From IMG/VR virus record IMGVR_UViG_3300020045_009058, positions 1-37,685 of that record: a DNA stretch of 37,685 bases. One strand, 5' to 3'. Within the stretch, counting starts at the first letter, position 1, and every line of letters starts with the position of its first letter. The position numbers were made by a program, and so were the translations under genes. This document shows positions 33,581 to 37,685 of this stretch, piece after piece. Below the pieces are notes generated by a model that was given only the letters and a program-made list of their open reading frames with translations, was not told the DNA's origin and searched no databases. This DNA comes from a virus. Taxonomy: Duplodnaviria; Caudoviricetes.

Positions 33581-36184
33581 ATGATCACAGTAGAGAAGCA
33601 GGGAAATGTTTATAAAGCAGTATATGACAGCGTTTATGACAAGAAGAGTGGAAAAATAACTTTGGGCGAACCTTGCAAGCTGCCCGAGCTACGGGCGACG
33701 CTTGCGGCGATGGATGCCACGGCGGGGCAGGCGAAGTGTGTAAACCCATTCGCATCTAAGTACGTCAAGCCGACCCTGGCCACCCGCCCTCGCCCGCTCC
33801 CCACCAACCCGTTCGCCGACACAAATAAAAACGCCTCCGGGGTTGAGCCGGAGGCGGGCATTGCAAACCACGGGGCGCTTTCGCGCAACGCAATCCGTCG
33901 CTTGCCAAACGACAGTTCGATTGTACAGGAGACAGACTTCAGACGGCAACTGACTGTGTTCGATCTGCATGAGATTCGTGGCTCGAAGTTTGTTGTATTC
34001 GACCTGGAAACGACGGGCCTGACTCGTTACGCGAAGCCTACGCCAGTCGGTGCGTCAGCCAAGATTGGTTCGCGCACCCTGACTAGATACAAAGCAGATA
34101 CGGGAAGTACGGTCAACAATCGAGTTCGTGCCCGTGTCGTTTCTATTCAATTGAGTGCTGGCCAGAAAATAGCCTTCGATCTAGACGCACTGACAAAAAC
34201 AGAGTCAGGCGAATTGATGCATGCCTGCCTACACAATCAAGTAGTCATCGGCTGGAACCTCGGCTTCGATTACGCATTCGCCCTCGGATACTGTGCAGAC
34301 TTCCAGCCGAAGATGACTATCGATGTCATGCTCCTAGTCCGCTGCCATTGGCCAGCCGATGTATGGGCAATTCATCAGCGCGCTTGTGATGAAAAGAACG
34401 TTGATGCACGTGAGATCTGCAAGAAGAAAGAAGGCAGCGCATCGCTCGAAGCTATCAGTACCGCCTACGGTCTCGGTCGGCCTGACAAATCATTCCAACA
34501 TGCGCGCAATTGGTGCGTGAGTAACTTGTCGCGGGATCACTTCGATTATGTCATGGGTGATATCTCGCACCCACTTTCTATACTTGAGAAGATGTATGGA
34601 AGCCACGATATCGATTCGATTATCGCGGGCATTCGTTCGGAAGACGCTAAAAAGGGATTTGAGTACCTAGATATCTTTGAGAAAGCGCCGCTAGAGCTGG
34701 CCAGGATTCATGAGCGTGGGATGCCGGTCAAGATTGGAATCTTGAACAACATCGATGGCCACCGTTCAGGCCTGATTCCGAAACTGGTTGATGAAGCCAT
34801 TAAACAGATCCCAGCGTTCGAGTCACACCGCGATCGGTTGATGAGTGTTCAGCCTGGAGTGAGTGCTGAGCTGAAACAGATCCTTGCCGACTACTGTAAG
34901 TCGTGTGGCTGTGAGCTCGAAGTGGGCGCAGATGGTAATGCGGTTATCCAGGCTAAGAGCGCGAAGCTCAAAGGGGCAACTGAACTAGAAGGCTGGAAAG
35001 CCTGGGAGTCGCTTCAGCACGCAAAGAAGACGCTGGCCAGCGTTAGTGAGTACAAGAATTGTGCGGTTATGGACCCTAGATTCGAGGGCTGGTCCAGAGT
35101 TCACCCGCTAATTTCGTGCACCACCGCTACCCTTCGCACGGCCAGCAAGATGCCGAACTCGCAAAATATGGAGCGGTACAGCAAGAAGCTGGCGCCTGAT
35201 TTGAACTTTCGTACGTCGATTCATGCGAGGCCGGGCTACAAGATCATCAGCGCGGATTATGGACAGATCGAGCTACGAATCGCAGCCGCATTGAGCCTGC
35301 GATGCATTGAAGAGATTCATCGCGCGATCAATGGTAAGCTGAAAGTTCCTGATTGGATACTGTCAGCTATCAAGTCGAAGGTTCGCCCCGACTTCGAGCT
35401 AGCCGCAGAATTCTGGGAAACATGGCAGAAGGTTCAGGCTCGTGGCGCAACGATGGCGCAGACGTTTAGGCGTGGCGTCGACCCCCACTTGTTGACCGGT
35501 TTGAAGATGGCGGTCAGGCAAGGCGTCGTTGACATCGGTGACAAGTCAGCTATCGACTACATCCTGTGCGCTGACACCGAAGAACTGAAAGCCCGGATCA
35601 GTGTGCAGCGGGATGCTGCGAAGGCCCTGAACTTCGGACTGCTTTACGGCATGTCAACGTACACGCTGTGGGTTCAAGGCGTCGTCACTTACGGCCTGAA
35701 GTGGACAATCGAAGAAGCTGAGATCGCACGTACGGCATGGTTCGATGACTACGCCGAGATCAAGCTTTGGATCCTCTGGACTCGCCACGTGAACCGAGCC
35801 GCTAAGAACAAGATCACGCCCCTGTATCGCTTTGACTATGACGCGAAAACGATGGTTGTCGAAGAAGCTCGGATGCGCGTGACCACCGCTCTCGGAGGTC
35901 GCCCGTTTTGCGATCCCGACACCAGGATCCTGAATTACAGCGACCAGGGGACCGGCGCTTCAATTGCCGTCTATGCCATCGTTTCCATGGAACAGCTAGC
36001 GAAAGATAGCATCATTTCGTTCGTGCACGATGAGATCGTGCTTGAGTGCAAAGAAGCTGATGTCCCCATCGCAAAGCGGCAGCTCGAAGATGCTATGAGG
36101 CACGCTGGGAATCGCTTTCTGAGCGCGTACAGCATCCCTGTCGATGCAGACGCTATCGTAAGCAACTATTGGTCCAAATCGTAA
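33581..36184 (+). CDS. polA: Family A DNA polymerase with 3'-5' exonuclease
   Basis: ExoI FDLETTG, ExoII GWNLGFD, motif A SADYGQIELR, motif B RDAAKALNFGLLYG, motif C VHDEI. Confidence 0.95.
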   Translation: MITVEKQGNVYKAVYDSVYDKKSGKITLGEPCKLPELRATLAAMDATAGQAKCVNPFASKYVKPTLATRPRPLPTNPFADTNKNASGVEPEAGIANHGALSRNAIRRLPNDSSIVQETDFRRQLTVFDLHEIRGSKFVVFDLETTGLTRYAKPTPVGASAKIGSRTLTRYKADTGSTVNNRVRARVVSIQLSAGQKIAFDLDALTKTESGELMHACLHNQVVIGWNLGFDYAFALGYCADFQPKMTIDVMLLVRCHWPADVWAIHQRACDEKNVDAREICKKKEGSASLEAISTAYGLGRPDKSFQHARNWCVSNLSRDHFDYVMGDISHPLSILEKMYGSHDIDSIIAGIRSEDAKKGFEYLDIFEKAPLELARIHERGMPVKIGILNNIDGHRSGLIPKLVDEAIKQIPAFESHRDRLMSVQPGVSAELKQILADYCKSCGCELEVGADGNAVIQAKSAKLKGATELEGWKAWESLQHAKKTLASVSEYKNCAVMDPRFEGWSRVHPLISCTTATLRTASKMPNSQNMERYSKKLAPDLNFRTSIHARPGYKIISADYGQIELRIAAALSLRCIEEIHRAINGKLKVPDWILSAIKSKVRPDFELAAEFWETWQKVQARGATMAQTFRRGVDPHLLTGLKMAVRQGVVDIGDKSAIDYILCADTEELKARISVQRDAAKALNFGLLYGMSTYTLWVQGVVTYGLKWTIEEAEIARTAWFDDYAEIKLWILWTRHVNRAAKNKITPLYRFDYDAKTMVVEEARMRVTTALGGRPFCDPDTRILNYSDQGTGASIAVYAIVSMEQLAKDSIISFVHDEIVLECKEADVPIAKRQLEDAMRHAGNRFLSAYSIPVDADAIVSNYWSKS

Positions 36185-36200
36185 ACATGACAACAACAGT

Positions 36201-36229
36201 TTGTATCTTTAGACAAGCTGTTGTATGCT
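36201..36229 (+). promoter_or_regulatory. Canonical sigma70-like promoter TTGTAT-N17-TATGCT for regulator-xis-int operon
   Basis: 17-bp spacer, 30 bp upstream of ATG 36260. Confidence 0.55.
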
Positions 36230-36259
36230 CAAGCTATGTCTACGAAACGAGAGATAGTG

Positions 36260-36643
36260 ATGAGCGACAACAGCGAAATCGACCTGGGTGCAGAGGCAGC
36301 GGCAGCAATCGCAGCGGCGGCAGCGGATGGCCAGCCCACCAAGCCGGTAGCGGCGAAGCGGGTTCGCCAACCAGCGGCAAAGAAGACTGCGCCGAGGGAG
36401 AGGCACGTGATAGAGATCGACATGAGCTCGGGATCTGTTCCAAAGCTGATCATCATTGGTCGCGGACAGCTCAACAACCGGAAGCTTTACGCCTGTCGCC
36501 TGCGACCGGAATCGATCGATCGCCTGCGCAAAGTAGCCAGCGGACCGGACTACTTGCTGATCGATCTAGCCGTCAACCGGCTCTGCGATGTGCTGGAAAG
36601 GCAAGAGAACTCGGAAGTCATTCGCGCCGAAGAGCTGGGATAA
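36260..36643 (+). CDS. Putative DNA-binding protein, ribbon-helix-helix-like C-terminus (127 aa)
   Basis: Disordered Ala/Lys-rich N-terminus then RKLYACRLRPESIDRLRKVA...YLLIDLAVNRL strand-helix-helix pattern. Confidence 0.6.
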   Translation: MSDNSEIDLGAEAAAAIAAAAADGQPTKPVAAKRVRQPAAKKTAPRERHVIEIDMSSGSVPKLIIIGRGQLNNRKLYACRLRPESIDRLRKVASGPDYLLIDLAVNRLCDVLERQENSEVIRAEELG

Positions 36644-36659
36644 ATCATGAGGCCTGGTT

Positions 36660-36896
36660 ATGAACTGGGTTCGGGCAGACAAGTATTACGAGCAAACGGG
36701 CGATACTGCGGCGGCGGTATCGAAGCGTCTGAGATCTGGGATTTGGCTGCGAGACATTCACGCTCGCAAGCCGGAGGGTAGCAGGCAGTTATGGGTTAAT
36801 TTGGAAGCGGTAAAGCTATGGGCATCGGGAATAACAGCGCGGGAAATGTTGGTATTACAGCGATCAAGCGCGCAACAAAAGAAGTTTATCAAGTAG
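36660..36896 (+). CDS. xis: Excisionase / recombination directionality factor
   Basis: WVRADKYYEQTGDT..AV.KR...GIW...LWVNLEAVKLWA; overlaps integrase start. Confidence 0.85.
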   Translation: MNWVRADKYYEQTGDTAAAVSKRLRSGIWLRDIHARKPEGSRQLWVNLEAVKLWASGITAREMLVLQRSSAQQKKFIK

Positions 36897-37685
36897 CTTT
36901 CTCCATGCGAGGTGTTCAGTGTCGAGAGATTGTCGATCTGACACACTCGAAGTCTAATGAGAAGTTTTGCGTGAACATGCGGCAAGAGATTATTGGCGCG
37001 ATTGCCAAAGGTACGTTTGAGTACGCGACGTTCTTTCCGAATTCAAAGCTTGCCAGGCGGGTCGGCTTCTCTGATAACTCTGCTGATCTGACGTTGAAGT
37101 CTGCGTTAGAGAAGTATCGTAATCGCGTGGAATCAACGCTTGAGCGAAGCACATTTATTGGCTACAGGAATGCGATCAACAACATTCTGATTCCTAAACT
37201 CGGCCATATGAAAGTAGCTGAAGTCCGGCCATCCCACGTTCGCGATTTCGTTGGATCTAGGACATCTAGCCTGAAGCGCATCAAGAATCTTATCCTTCCT
37301 CTGCGCGCGGTTCTACATGAGTCGAGGATTGATGGCTTGATTGCTTCGAATCCTTGTGACCTAGTTGACTACAAACGGTTAGTGAAACCTGAGCAGCGTG
37401 ACACTGGTTACGCGCCAAATCCTTACACCGAGGCCGAGCTGATTACTCTGCTCTCCAATCTGGATGGGGTCTACAGGTACACCTACCAGCTATGGGCGTA
37501 CACGGGACTACGGACATCGGAGTTGATCGGTCTTCGGTGGCAGAGCGTAGATTTAAATGCGCTTAGAGCGACGATCTTTCAAGTGACTACCGCCGGGCAA
37601 GATAAAAACCGCACAAAGACGCATGCGGGCACTCGAATCATCAAGCTCTTACCTGCGGCGGTGGAGGCGTTTGAGTATCTGAAGG
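36818..37685 (+). CDS. int: Tyrosine integrase, N-terminal part (394 aa total; DUF3596-type arm-binding domain); missing from ORF track
   Basis: MGIGNN...VAFSMRGVQCRE...GTFEYATFFPNSK arm domain; WAYTGLRTSELIGLRW (catalytic R); open through junction to 438. Confidence 0.93.
   Translation, partial: MGIGNNSAGNVGITAIKRATKEVYQVAFSMRGVQCREIVDLTHSKSNEKFCVNMRQEIIGAIAKGTFEYATFFPNSKLARRVGFSDNSADLTLKSALEKYRNRVESTLERSTFIGYRNAINNILIPKLGHMKVAEVRPSHVRDFVGSRTSSLKRIKNLILPLRAVLHESRIDGLIASNPCDLVDYKRLVKPEQRDTGYAPNPYTEAELITLLSNLDGVYRYTYQLWAYTGLRTSELIGLRWQSVDLNALRATIFQVTTAGQDKNRTKTHAGTRIIKLLPAAVEAFEYLK
37565..37685 (+). repeat. Terminal direct repeat (copy 2)
   Basis: Identical to 1-121. Confidence 0.98.

Larger units (their letters stand above)
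1..37564. mobile_element. Complete temperate tailed phage (siphovirus-type) genome, circular, excised attP form
   Basis: Terminal overlap, integrase + xis + intact attP, terminase, portal, capsid, tail tube, tape measure, no sheath, lysis and replication genes; no host housekeeping genes. Confidence 0.95.

Noticed and set aside
37565-37685. Biological direct terminal repeat of the virion DNA
   Set aside because: Falls mid-integrase and is k-mer sized; best explained as assembly overlap.

Overview
The window is a complete, circular 37,564-bp temperate siphovirus genome in excised (attP) form; the last 121 nt (37565-37685) repeat the first 121 nt and the integrase reads across that junction. 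Modules: tyrosine integrase/excisionase with an attP matching the 3' end of a tRNA-Ser (likely betaproteobacterial host); lysis genes; a T5 A1-like metallophosphoesterase nuclease plus dNMP kinase; a GTA-like tail (Dit, hub, megatron, tape measure, frameshifting chaperone); head/packaging genes; a small rightward accessory cluster; RuvC-like resolvase; primase-helicase; family A DNA polymerase. No CI-type repressor is recognisable. The most unusual signals are non-coding: (1) eight minus-strand promoter-like sites, seven before late genes, all with TTGACA-like and TANNNT boxes exactly 15 bp apart instead of 17; (2) two ~310-bp IHF-flanked GTAAC/GTTAC iteron elements 8.37 kb apart with near-identical motif spacing but diverged spacers, one beside the primase and one heading an antisense, protease-less Lon-like AAA+ gene wedged between terminase and portal; (3) a GCTATC-N4-GATAGC palindrome before five genes. 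All family assignments are from motif recognition by eye, not database searches.
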